A stretch of DNA of 64,000 nt from Moniliella sp. 'wahieum' (taxonomy: Eukaryota), in assembly GCA_003971905.1 (NCBI GenBank), contig RSEE01000045.1, forward strand, positions 310,001 to 374,000. The letters are read 5' to 3'. This document shows positions 52,208-64,000 of the stretch, in pieces (position 1 is the first letter of the stretch; each line of letters starts with the position of its first letter). Made by a program: the position numbers and the translations under genes. The notes under the pieces were generated by a model. That model saw nothing but the letters and a program-made list of their open reading frames with translations, searched no databases and was not told where the DNA came from.

Positions 52208-54940
52208 GGCGGACGGAAGGGTGGGTGGTGAGTTGGGTGGTAACGAAAGGCAACAGCTTGCCTCTGGGTGGGGATTTATATACAGGGAATCCTTGCGTGC
52301 TCCCGCCTGCTGATACCGGAATTGGACGAGCCACCGCTGAGCCACTGGCGAACCCACGTAGTCATCTGCGAGCCCCTGCGAAAAACACGGGTTATCTGGA
52401 CGAATGTGACCTTCTAGACCACCCAGGCACACTGTGCAAGATCGAGGCGAGGCCATTTCAGTATGAGACAGCGGGGGGGGCTCTCAGGTGGCGAGTGCGG
52501 TGGGCGACGAACGGTGGACAACGTTGGGTTGCTGGTACTCATCCATCATCACTGTGGGTCTGTAGATAGACGATGACTGTGACAGAGATACGAGTTCGCA
52601 GTAGCATGTGTCGGCGACCTCGGTGGGGAGCTCAGCGCCCCCGTGCCCCCACCCACGGTGCTCACCCACACCGACTCGATCATCGCAACACCACGGCCTG
52701 AGGAGGCAGAGCAGGCCATAGTCCTGTATAGCCTGGCCAACGAGCCCCGAATGACTAATGCCTAGCAATGGCTGAGGAGCCTGAGCGCCTGGGTGACAGC
52801 ACACGTTGGATGCCCAGGAACGCCGTTTCTGGTTCTGTCCCGAAGGACGAAGATGATCCGGCGAAGACACCCAAGACTACGCTAGACCCGCGCCACGGAT
52901 CAATATAGCTATCGCGCAAGCCTCAGGAACATCCCTGGACGAGGCGTGGTTGGTCGACACTGTTATCGTGCGGGGGTGTGTTATCCATATGCTATCGCGC
53001 CGATCACATCCATCACCACCTGTTTGCATGATTGGCTGGGTGACAGTGGCCTGTGACCTCGTCACCCGAGTGGGGCCGTCGCACAGCGCCTGGGGAATGT
53101 GCTGCTCTGCACCATATGGCCCGACGGTTTCTCATCTTTTCATTTCAAACGATTCTTGGCACAGCAACGCTCAGCGCGGTAGTTCGGTTGGAACCGTGAT
53201 GGCTTATCTTCGGGAAAACAATGCCGGCGCGGCTGCCATGCTTCAGCGCCTCGGCCTGCCCGGCTGGGCGGCTGAGCTGAGCTTCGGAGCACGCGCGCCA
53301 CAGCCTGCCGTAGTGCATAGCAGGCCATCGCCTGACGCGCTGAGCCAGCCTAGGTGATGCTCAGGCCTGCTCAGGCTCGACGAGCGCTGAGGTTGAGTCT
53401 GGTTGAGCGCGTCCCAGATCCCACCAGGTCCCAACGCGCAGCGTGCTGGCTCTGGCCATCAATGCATCACATGGCATATGCTCGCAGGACCACCACATGG
53501 CTGTTCGGATGCCACGGCAAGGCCACACCGGTCACGCGGAAAAGGACCGCATGGTTCGACGGTTCGTCCAATTTGTCCGCATTCCCCACCTTTAAGCTTT
53601 GGCGATATATGGACGAGGGGCAGACAGGCTTCTCACTAGCGCAGAGATACAGCAGGACCCACACGCTATTTCTATATTGCCGCAGGCCCGTCGTCACAGA
53701 GATATGCCGAAGCACTGTCACGTTGTCACATGTGGACAACAGACTCATGACCCCGTTTCGGAAATTGTACACGCTGTTACAGGACGGCGGAGTCGAAGTG
53801 GGGGCATGGCAACGGCACTGTTGCAACAAGCTACAGTCTGTTGCAGTTCGCCACATTATCGTCGGCAATCCGCGCAGACGCAGGAAAGCTAGGGGGGAAC
53901 ATACATTCTGAGTATGGAAGGCGTGGACAACGACGGCTTCCAGCACACCGCTCCACCTACAGGGGGGTAAAGAGGCGGGGGCGTAGCGGGGTCGCGAAAA
54001 AGTCGCACATGGATGCAGTTAAGCGGTACCCTCGATGAATTAGTGATCCTCAGGCCTCACGCGAATATACCGCGTACCGGCCAGACCCCCATATGGCCGA
54101 TGTGGTACCAGTCTCGGCGTACACAGCCTGCATGTGCATGTCTGCGGGTCACGCCAGGGTCACGCCGGTCACGCGGTCACGGCAGATCCCGGCAGGCCTC
54201 GGCGCAATTTTCTATGTATACGCACAGTACTGTGGGCAGTACTCAGTGAGTACTCAGGTACACAGTGTGTCCTCAGTATTCCATGCGTTGAATCGATCAC
54301 CGTTCAACGTGATCATCGACCAACTGTAGATACTCTGTGCATACGGGCTTCCCACTATACCTCTCAGAAAGAGGTTTCCGAACCGCAGATAGTGTGGAGG
54401 AGACCGGCTCATACATGCGAGATAACTCGAGTATTAGCATCAGAATTGTGTGTTTGTCAAGGTTCAAACGTTTCGGCATCTCGTTCAATAAAAAGGTGTG
54501 TCTTTTGCCACCCTCTTAGATCAGAGAACCATTATTGTACCCCAGCGTTTTTCTCTTTGTGGTGTATCTCGATATGATGGTTGTGAGTGGCAGTGCTCTG
54601 TCCCTCGCGCCCACAGCCGAGTTGCTGAAGCTGCTAGTTGTGAGCCGCGAGAAGTGATGCCGTTCCAGGTCGAGTTGGACGTTGAACGTTGAATGTTTTG
54701 AGCTCGAGCGCGCTCAGCCTGAGCGCTCCACCGCAGCACCCAACCAGCGCTCAACGCAACGTGCTCAACGTTGATGTTGAGACACTTTGGAATAAGACTT
54801 CCCTCCAAACCAGGACTGATGGTTGTGGTGCATCAAGATGGAGGTTTTTCATTTAACTCAAAAGGCTACCTCTGGTCTAAATCCCTCCTTGGGCGCTTAA
54901 CCGCCGTTCCACACTGTCCACCGTCCCACCGTCCACCGTT

Positions 54941-56080
54941 TCACCGTGCACAGATCCACCGTCCACAGTATGATTGGCTGTAAAAGTCATTGGTAGTACG
55001 GACAAAAAGTAATGCAGAGGTGCGATATATACACCACACAGCGTGTGGCGTTTGTTGCTGATATGCGAACCAAAAATTGGGAGACCGCAGTGGAGTCGCC
55101 AGTAGATCGGGACTCTCTGGCTCTCGCCATAGACTTCCAAAAAGCGGATGAGCCTGAAGTATGAGAATGAGAGCATGGTAGACATGCGAGCGACAATGAA
55201 CCACATTGTATCTCCAATGAGAATCATATTTTGGCAATGTTGGTGGCAAAATACCCGTTAAGTCGTCATGACCAGGGGAACAGTGGCCATTGAAAGCGTC
55301 CATCGAATACTTGGAGTTCTTGTCTTCGCTTTCCGCTTGCTCCAGCAGGCGATGTAGATTCATTTCTGCCGGCGTTCCTCACATGTCACAGGAGCGCGTC
55401 AGGTCTCATCACTCGGCAGTCCGTATAATATGCCTGGCCTTTATCCCGTCCGTCTGGGGTATCGTCCTTCCTCACATATTGGCAATAGAAATAGACCAAA
55501 AACTGAGACTAGTATATATACATGTGAAGCACAACACCCCCAGTAATATGCAACGTGTGTTGTATTGCACACGAAGTCGGAACGAAGAGTATAGGTCACA
55601 ATGATCCGTCTGGTTGTTCACCACGGTCATTCTTTGAGTATCTCTGTACTTGCAAGCATCCTTCATACTCTTGTTTCTCTGGATCTCTGTGAGATAGCCA
55701 AGTGTGGGTGGGTGATGGCAATTCGCACTTGGGCGCCATTTTCTTGTACATATGGCCCCCCTCATCTCCCTCTTTGTTGTACCGCCACAGTAGTTCTAGC
55801 CCTTGGTTCCCTTCAGTGCACATTGGTTGCGATGTTGCTATTAGACGGAGAGCAGGAATACTCTCTAGCCTCTGCGGTTAGCGCATGTGCACAATGCACA
55901 GCCTGTGCTCTGTATGTTAGCCTTCCACGCCGAGAGGTACAATATAGTGCATCTCTTCTCTCTATTGTGGCACCACTTGTGTTGAGTGTGTATTCCACTT
56001 AAGGCTACCTGGCGCACGGTCGGACTTGAGTCCACAGTAGAGTAAGTGCCGCCGTTCCATCTACTAGTCAGCTGTTTCAT
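54941..56080 (-). other. Possible orphan multi-exon gene or relic in lower-GC DNA
   Basis: Several adjacent minus-strand ORFs and GCTAAC..CAG branch/acceptor motifs near 55870-55925; no recognisable domain. Confidence 0.25.
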
Positions 56081-56512
56081 ATAACCGTAGAGGCCATCGC
56101 ATGATGGCAGGGGGATGCACCAAACGTGGCGCATGGGCCTGTGAGATAGGAGTGCTATAGGGTTCCTGCTCGGCCCTCAAGTGATCGCAGTGACGCTTCT
56201 TAGTCGGGCGGAGGGGTTCCCTTCGCAAGCATCAACACAGCGCACCCCATCGCCCCTGCTCGCTCCATCTCTCTTCTCTGTCTCTGTCTCTCCTTATTCC
56301 CTCAGACGTTGCTTGAAAAGATGTGGCTCACCTTTTTGCTTCCAGACATCACGCCTTGTTTGAAGGTTCCGCCTCGTTTAGGAGTTGTGTCCCCGAGTGT
56401 TCGCAAATCGTACTCTACTTGTAGTAGTATTGGCATGCTTTGAATTGACAACACGGCGGTTTCTACACCCTGAGAGAAGAGCCCCTTATCCCTCTGTCAT
56501 GTTATACCCCGC

Positions 56513-56540
56513 GGTTACCGGTTACCGGTTACCGGTTTCC
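56513..56540. repeat. GGTTACC x3 (+1 degenerate) heptamer-palindrome array
   Basis: GGTTACC GGTTACC GGTTACC GGTTTCC read directly. Confidence 0.9.
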
Positions 56541-56890
56541 GATTTGGAGATCGGCAGGTGGGGAGAGCCATGATGGCATGAGACCTGAGGAACAGAATTC
56601 ATGGCGGCCCCAACGCCGCTCGCCCGAGCACCGAGCGCGCGCTCTGAGTTAGTTGTCTTGGGGCCACTGTGGTAGCTCTGTAAATTATCTAATCGTCCCG
56701 CCTTGCGGCAAGCATTGTGGAAATGAAAGTATGAACTTGGTGATTCGATTATTATCGCGCACAATGCGGCGGGTCTCTCCTGTCTTAGATATAGCTATCG
56801 TGGCCAGGCACCCTCCCCATCAAAACAGCAATGCGCCCCAGGCTTTTAGCAAGCTATCTTTTTTCGCTCGCCCCACCACCCGCGACCATC

Positions 56891-57888
56891 ATGCCTATTC
56901 AACGCACAGCTACCGCCATTGAAGCCTCCAAGGAAGAGCAAAGCCTTCGGATCGAGTTACGGGGCGCACGAATTGTCTCCTTTGTCAGCCAGGGGCGGGA
57001 GGTCCTGTTTATGCCAACGGCGTACTCTTCGGAGTTTGGAGGGATCCCACTCTGTTGCCCTGTCTTTGGAAATCCTCGTGGTTGGCCATCCTGGAGACAA
57101 GAAGAAGCCCAAAAGGCAGGCGTGGACCTGGCTACTATGCCACTCCATGGGTTTGTGCGGGACATGGATTTTTCCCCACGAGAGCTTATCGAGACTGACG
57201 AGCGCGTCACAGTTTCGCTTGGTTTGGAGATGCCTGCCCAGTCAGGGTTTCCTTTCCCGCTAAGCTTGCAGTTTGATGTGTATGTGAATTTCCCTTTGCA
57301 TCCAACGTCCGACAGGGCCGAAAGAATACAGGAATAGTCCTAACCCTCCTCCGTGTCGCAGAACAATCGACTGCGACCGACCTAGTTTGAAGATGAGCCT
57401 TTCGGTCTACAATCCCACACACAACGAAATTGGCTTCAATGCTCTTTTCCACACTTACCTTCTTTCTCCTCCCGGTGAGCGCACAGTCAAGGGACTGCAG
57501 GGCAAGTTCTTCGACGCAACCAATTCTTGGCAGGGGCTTCAACTCCGAAGAGGCTCTACCGATTGATATGGAGAAGGGATCCGATGCTGTCTTCCCTTCT
57601 GCGTCTACCACAGGAAAGAAGACGGCGACATTGCATGATTCACGGGGTTGTGCAGGTCTGCACCGAGGGAGGGGGGGATGTTACACTGTGGGTTCCGGGT
57701 AAAGAATTGCAGCCTGAGTTGGGCATCGGCGCGGCCGATGGGTTTGTCTGTATTGAGCCGGGCAAATTTGGGTTTGCTCCTGTGCATCCAGGGGAAACGG
57801 TAAGTTTGAAGACGAAGCAAAGAAGAAGTGTGCTAACCGCTACCACTCTCGACAGTGGAAAGTGACCCAAATACTCACACCTAATTAA
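56891..57888 (+). CDS. Aldose 1-epimerase family (glucose-6-phosphate 1-epimerase-like)
   Basis: GARIVSFVSQGREVLF, GGIPLCCPVFG, HGFVRD, FHTYL, FVCIEPG; introns ~57278-57361 and ~57799-57855. Confidence 0.85.
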
Positions 57889-59056
57889 CGGGGGCGATAC
57901 GATATAATTTCATGGAATTACTAAGAAGAAGAGTCGACCATGGAGTACCGGGGTGAGAAGGGAGAGGGAGACATAGGAGGGAAGCACTCGTATGCCGCCT
58001 AGCGCCAGTTGGGGTGATCATTTGGAATGGGTGCCAGGCAGGTTCGCTCCTGTGCTTCTCCCCCCCACGCGAGATTCGCTGGCCTGAGGCTCTATAGAAA
58101 AGTTATGAGAAGGCGAGCCTGGATGGCACCGAAGGGGTGAAGTAGATATTATCTTACAAATATAATGCCAAAACCTTCGTGTCTTGGGTGTGTGGTGCAC
58201 CGAGCTTATAGGGACTCGTCCTGGGCCGATCTCAACGAAGGGCAAGCACTCTTCAAGATTGATTCCAGGGCTGCTCAGCCCCGCTCCAGCTTCAGACCAT
58301 CTCCGCCCCTACCATCGGCTTTCCGAATCACCGAGTTTGGCTACCTTGCTGAACGTGCCATTATTAACTTAATCCTCTCCTCCGTCTCCCCCAGCTGCAG
58401 CAGGCCATCAGGGGACAACTGCTACCTTAGCACCTCCTATCACGTCCACACGCGAACCAACCACATATTCCACAGCCTGAAGGCTTAACCTGTGATGGCT
58501 TATGTGATTACCTCGATTTCTCAACGGCAGAGATCGTGCAGCGCAAAGGCGCGCATCGCTCATAGGATGCGGCTTTTGCCTGCATGGCTAATCGAGATTT
58601 TCTGGTGCACAATCTTGTGGGCCTTGCCACCTTGAATTTCGTACGTAGTAGTCCTCACATATCTATCCGGAACCTTGTTACCGGCATTTTCGATTAGCTA
58701 TGTGGCATTAAAAGAAGTCAGGCCGCCTTGAGTTGGGAGAGAATGGGTGAGGAACGCGCCTCATCGATCATGATCCTTTTATGAACAGCGCAGTATACCA
58801 CCTGACATGGCATCATCGCGCCGCCTCTATTGCCTCTCTCTCTCTCTCTCATTTCCTGCCTTGATGCTACTATACCAGTCACGGTACCATCCACTTGCCA
58901 TCCATCAAGTACCCCGGTCTCATTAATAAAACGTTGATTCGCCGGCCTGTGAAGACAAGAAGCTACAATGGTACATTGCTTGGTTGCAGTGAATGCTCAC
59001 TGCTGTCCTCCCGGCCTTTGTGGCAGCAGGAGGGTGGTAACAAGAGGAGAGCCAAG

Positions 59057-59360
59057 CTACTGCGTGGTAACCTCTTGGTCGGGTTCGATATAGGAGCTGG
59101 GGATGCGAGGCAAAAGAGGTATTAGGGTCAGACATCCAAAGATACAGAAAGACATACATGTAGGCATGGTCTCCACCAGCAGTGGCCGTGGTCAGGGCGG
59201 ATACTTTTTCCTCAGGAAGCACTGCGGAAAAGCCCTTGAGGATGTCCGAGTCGAACTGTTGGCGAATGGAGCCGCCCTTGGCTTTGACGTCGGCGATTTC
59301 CGTCTCGATGACCTCGGCGGGGGTCTCGGGCTTGAAAATGACCATGTAAGGCTTGCTCAT
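59057..59360 (-). CDS. Peptidase inhibitor I9 (Pbi2/POIA-like subtilisin propeptide homologue)
   Basis: MSKPYMVIFKPETPAEVIE...KGGSIRQQFDSDILKGFSAVLP...[intron]SYIEPDQEVTTQ*; TATATAAA ~100 bp upstream. Confidence 0.85.
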
Positions 59361-59731
59361 CGTAAGGGCGAGAAAGAAACAAGGAAGAGGAGGATGCAGA
59401 AAGCAGGGGGGGGGGGGGTTGGTGGTGAGAGAAAGTGTGTGTGGTTGGCTCGCGCTGGCTTTATATAGGGGTGGGGCCGATGGGACCCGTTGATCTTGCA
59501 GGGGCACAACCTCGGTTTTGAGATAAGATCATCGATAAGACTTAAGCGCCAGCATGGCTCTCGATCATGCCATCGCCATCTCATTACCTAATCCAACCAC
59601 GTGCGGAATTGTGAGCCAATGCCATCCGCCCATTTTTCTCCTCGCCTGCTCCACTTGCCCTCAAGGTCCTCCAGGTTCAAGGGCTAAAACCTCTCCTCAA
59701 GACTTGGCAAACCTATCCTTCCATTTCTCCT

Positions 59732-61782
59732 ATGGCGCCCCCCCCCAAAATGCTCACGCCAGCCGAGATGGCACGCGATCTGGGCGTTGAAATCGCCACG
59801 GATGAGGTAGCGTATCGCGAAGGCAGCGCCTTTGTCGTATTCCCCACCGAACCTTCTGCTCCCTCCACCACCGGTCGGGGAGTTGCTACTGCAATGGTTG
59901 ATGGGCAAGGACCTGATGCAGCAGCCTTTCTCAATCCCGTTCAAGAATTCAACAGAGATTTGTCCATCTGTGCCATTCGTACCTGGCGCCAAATTGTACA
60001 GGCCGAGTACGACGCGCGCCGACGCCGAACCGCTGCGTCGAAAGAAGGAGGGGCGGTCAAAAGCGGTGACCTAGACCAGCACCCTGCTCCTGCTTTCACC
60101 ATTCTCGAAGCCCTTGCTGCCACGGGCCTACGCAGTATTCGCTATGCCAACGAGTTGGACCATGTTGGTTCCATCCTGGCTAATGATCTCTCTGCGTCAG
60201 CCGTTACGGCGATGCGAAGGAATGTAAAACTCAACTCTCTGTCCTCTAACTCCGCGTCGTCCACCCGTCTAAGCAAGATCACGATCAACGAAGATGACGC
60301 CTTGGCTGTCATGTATTCGCACCGCACCAACGACACGGGAAGGTTTGATGTGGATCTCGATCCATACGGAAGCGCCTCAGTCTTCCTCGATGGCGCCGTC
60401 CAAGCAGTGGCCGACGGGGGACTGCTATGCGTCACTTGCACGGACTTGGCCGTGTTGGCGGGTGGACAGTACCCAGAAAAGTCATTCACTTTGTATGGAG
60501 GAATGAACCTCCGTTGTGAGTATAGCCACGAACTAGCGTTGCGTTTGCTGCTTCACGCGATCACTTCGGCGGCTGCACGGTACGGACGCACCATCCAACC
60601 TGTGCTCTCGCTGGCATTGACTTTTACGTGCGCGTCTTTGTCCGCGTCCACACCTCTGTGGCTGAAACCAAGCACCTGGCTAGCCAGACCGCAATGGGGT
60701 GGACATGCCAGTCTTGCTCCCACACTGCCCACCTTCCATTAGCTCGTGTCCGTGCTGGTCCTCTGCCAAAAATGGGGCAAGCCAAATCAAGTTTACTACC
60801 GCTGGTCGCCCTCCTGTAGGCTCATCGTGCAGCCTATGTGGTGGAAGCTACCTTTTGTCCGGTCCGTTTTGGACTGGTCCACTGCATGATCGGGGGTTCT
60901 GTGAACGTTTGATTAACGTGGTCCAGCAGGACGAACAGCAATTTGGTACAGCGGGGCGGATCATTGGCATGGTGGCCACCGCGGCAGATGAGCTGGGTAC
61001 CGCCCATCAGCCGGATCCGTCCTCTTGGCTTTCACTGGCTAAGCCACCCTCAGTCCCATCTTCGAGGCCAGGGGAGGTGCAGGATCAGTTTGGGTACTTC
61101 AGCACCTCTTCAGAGCGTACCTTATTTTACTTCACGTCCAGTTTGGTGGCCCGTTGCTTCCATGGTACATCCGCACCGTTGGAGATATTTGTTCATGCCC
61201 TTCTGCATGCCGGGTATGAAGTGAGTCGATCCCATTGCTGCCGCGGTTCACTCAAAACAAATGCTCCTCATCACGATGTGCTGGACATTTACCGTTACTG
61301 GTTACGCCGAGAGCAGGACGGTTGAACCTGGCCTTATCGCAAGTCTCTCTTTTGGAACAGGACACTAAGCAGAGCCCAACCTCACTGGCCGCAACCAATG
61401 AGCCGCCACCCTCGCTTGTCGGACGAAAGATCGAGATGAGTCGGCGTACCAAAGCCCAGAACGAAAAGGCACCGGCTCATATCTTATCCGATACCCCAAT
61501 CCAAAAAGACTGGAACCTCTCCCCTCACCCCCAGTCGGATCGGATCCTCCTTCCCCAACTCCCGGAAGTGAGGTACCGGCGTCCACTTTGGATGCTATGA
61601 CCGGGGGCAGTGTGACCGCCACAGGTGAACACTTCCACCGCAAGGTGGGCCCCAAGAAGACGAGGATTGTGCGATACCAAGAAAACCCGTCGCCCAATTG
61701 GGGGCCAGCGACAGCCGCCAAGGTCGGGCGGCGACAGCGGTCCGATCGGCTTGGCTCGAGTGACACCGTGCCCAACCCATGA
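59732..61782 (+). CDS. TRM1: tRNA (guanine-26-N2)-dimethyltransferase Trm1 (frameshifted)
   Basis: AFLNPVQEFNRDLSI, ILEALAATGLRSIRYANE, DLDPYGS, GGLLCVTCTD, HELALRLLL, GPFWTGPLHD, YEVSRSHC...LKTNAP, VRYQENPSPNWGP. Confidence 0.95.
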
Positions 61783-62112
61783 AAGAAAGTGTGTGTTCCT
61801 TCTCCGCATGGTCTGACCTGTACACCTGTGACATGTGACTCCAGGTCCATACAAAAGCGAGCGTAAAGGGGCGCTGATCATCCAAAGTACCTATAATGAA
61901 AGCGGGTAGAACATGGGCATTCCTATTCAAGCTGTAAGGTTATACCCCAGAACCCCTCGTGCTGCGTGACGCGAATATTGACAGTTGAACATTGCATCCA
62001 TGCGTTCTCCTTCGCCCTAGTTTGCTCGTAAGCGTAGGGCGCAACAGGGCGTAACGCGTACCGTGTGCCGGGTTTGTTGCAAACGATCTGAAATGTTCGT
62101 ACACATCAGGAT

Positions 62113-62183
62113 CTAACCCTATTTCATTTGGGCGCAATTAACTTTTTGTGATAACCCTACCACAAATCCATGCACAACCCTAC
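62113..62183. promoter_or_regulatory. Three AACCCTA motifs upstream of RPS15
   Basis: CTAACCCTA 62113-62121, TAACCCTAC 62152-62160, AACCCTAC 62176-62183. Confidence 0.5.
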
Positions 62184-62269
62184 TGCCTTCCAGCAAGCTT
62201 CTGCTGTGGCGCTTGCGACACCAGACGGCCGGAGGCGCGTACGTGTGCAAGCCAGACCAACTGCCCAAT

Positions 62270-62922
62270 ATGTGAGTACCTCTTTCCACGCTCGTTCCGG
62301 GGGACGCAGGAGATCTCGCCATACGTGGGTTTGGGGATGATCCTGAGGCGTGTGCTGGTATCGCCCTTGTGATCTTATCCATCCCGGGCTTTTGTCCGTG
62401 TCATGGGAGAAAAGTCGGACATGCGAGGCGTGACTGGGGCTTGAAAGATCTGGGTTGCTAACTTTGTTTGTGTAGGGACTCTTACGACGCTGCTGAGGCG
62501 GCCGCCCTCAAGGCACGCCGGACCTTCAAGAAGTCCTACTACCGCGGGATTGAGCTCTCCAAGCTCCTCGATCTGAGCAACGAGGAGTTCATGGGCATTG
62601 TGCACGCCCGTGCTCGTCGTCGCTTCCAGCGTGGCCTCAAGCGCAAGCCCATGGGTCTCATCAAGAAGCTGCGCAAGGCCAAGCAGGAGGCTCCCCCCAA
62701 CGAACCGCCCTTGTCAAGACCCACTTGCGTAACATGATTGTCGTGCCCGAGATGATCGGCTCGGTGATTGGGATCTACACTGGCAAGGTCTTTGCCACGG
62801 TCGAGATTAAGCCCGAGATGGTCGCCCACTACCTTGGCGAGTTCGCCATGACCTACCTCCCTTCGGCCCACGGTCGCCCTGGTCTCGGTGCCCAGGCTGG
62901 CCGCTTCATTCCCCTCAAGTAA
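62270..62922 (+). CDS. RPS15: 40S ribosomal protein S15 (uS19)
   Basis: ATG directly followed by an intron (GTGAGT..GCTAAC..TAG, to ~62475); [55 protein letters not shown]. Confidence 0.96.
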
Positions 62923-63313
62923 AGGGGCGGCTTCTGTCATGGATTTGGGCCATCATCCATCTCGCTGGAGTTGTGCATCTTTGGCGTCTTGTTGACGGCG
63001 CTATGCACCCTTCTCACCGCGGCTCACCTAAAAGTGTTGGTACCACACCAATATATGTACCCGCATGATGCATGACCCTCATCAGGCTCCTTCGAGTAGT
63101 TGCGTTATATCGTTGCTGTAGCAAATGATCTTGCGTCTACGCCACGACCAGATAACTTGAGATGTATACGGGAGTTAGGTTGACTATGTGCGAGTCATTT
63201 GCAGAGCAAAGGGTAAGGGCACTCTATCCTATGCAAAGACCTTCATCGTGTTTAACAAGCAGTGCATACCACATTTCGAATAGGTAGATTTAACAACGAG
63301 TAAGGCTGCAAAA

Positions 63314-63385
63314 GGGCGGATAGCTCAGGGGTAGAGCGCTTGCTTAGCATGCATGAGGTCCGGGGTTCAATTCCCTGTTCGTCCA
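63314..63385 (+). tRNA. tRNA-Ala (AGC)
   Basis: 72-nt cloverleaf GGGCGGA...TTAGCAT...GGTTCAATTCC...TTCGTCCA, G3:U70 alanine identity pair, followed by TTCTTTT terminator. Confidence 0.95.
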
Positions 63386-63756
63386 TTCTTTTGATTCGCT
63401 GCGCGTTCTTTTTGGAAGAACGGTTTTACACCGATTCACTTGCGTGCATGTCCATCCTGTGAAATAAACTGTGCAAAGAACATGCGGCTCAGAGAGTGCT
63501 CTGTGTTTCATACGGGTCTGGACGTTTGACAACTGGGACATAACGATGGCCTTGAAGCCAACAGGGATCATGGAACCGTACGATTGACGAGAGAGAAAAG
63601 GCGCCAGTAGGATAAGGCAGGAGGTACAAGAATGGTCAAAAGGAAGCGTAGGAGCAGTCCTTTCCAAGCTGGCCATCGGGAGCCGACCTCCACATAGAAG
63701 GAGTCCCAGCCGGAGAACCGCGTCGTTGGTCAAATCTACAGAAGCAGAAAGCCAGA

Positions 63757-64000
63757 TCAAGGGGTCGCGTTCCAGATCTGTACAGTACTGTCCCACGCGG
63801 TAGTGGCCACCTTGTTGGGCGTGAATAGGGCCCAGGACGCCCATGACAAACTCCGTGTGGCCAGTGTGGATTTTGAGCAAGGGATTGCCCCCCCGAGGTG
63901 TCGCGGGTGAGGCAGGGACCCCAGGCGCCTGCAACGCAGACGCCGATTGGGGAGTAAATTTCCACCCTGGTGCTCCTGGCGGAGGGGCGGCTGCTGCGTT
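63757..64000 (-). CDS. PEX7: C-terminal WD40 repeat, probably peroxin-7 (partial)
   Basis: With one frameshift reads LLKIHTGHTEFVMGV..WALFTPNKVATTAWDSTVQIW*; HTEF in the last WD repeat is typical of Pex7. Confidence 0.6.
   Translation of the reverse strand, partial: TQQPPLRQEHQGGNLLPNRRLRCRRLGSLPHPRHLGGAIPCSKSTLATRSLSWASWALFTPNKVATTAWDSTVQIWNATP

Noticed and set aside
62113..62183. Telomerase RNA template or interstitial telomere
   Set aside because: Isolated single AACCCTA units, not 1.5-repeat templates or tandem arrays; promoter position explains them better.
36854..63385. Functional cluster of tRNA-modification and ribosome genes (TRM2, UTP6, RPL12, TRM1, RPS15, tRNA-Ala)
   Set aside because: Interspersed with unrelated genes over 26 kb; such genes are common enough for chance proximity.

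Overview
GC-rich, intron-poor fungal genomic DNA, most likely from a basidiomycete (inferred from gene content, short GT..CTRAC..AG introns and gene density). Almost every gene is broken by single-base indels, which points to an unpolished long-read assembly, so CDS coordinates are approximate. Recognisable genes in order: SRPK/Sky1 kinase (partial), Vps54, AP-3 sigma, a Nup2/Nup50-like FxF nucleoporin, a Zn2Cys6 transcription factor, an MGRN1/LOG2-like RING ligase, an F-box/JmjC (JMJD6-like) protein, a two-HMG-box protein, Smc6, Trm2, Utp6, Nur1/DUF2418, a Tda10-like P-loop kinase, Rpl12, an OPT oligopeptide transporter, an aldose/glucose-6-phosphate 1-epimerase, an I9 protease inhibitor, Trm1, Rps15, tRNA-Ala(AGC) and the 3' end of a probable Pex7. 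Two non-coding signals stand out. (1) Intergenic DNA carries short tandem arrays of 7-bp self-complementary units with a fixed T-N-A centre and freely varying arms (GTTGAAC, AGTGACT, CATCATG, CGTGACG, GGTTACC and others). They are densest at 2-5.9 kb, where they surround two degenerate tRNA genes. (2) A 71-nt perfect duplication at 27.4-27.6 kb folds into one long hairpin on the minus strand and looks like the 3' end of two back-to-back introns joined at a zero-length exon.
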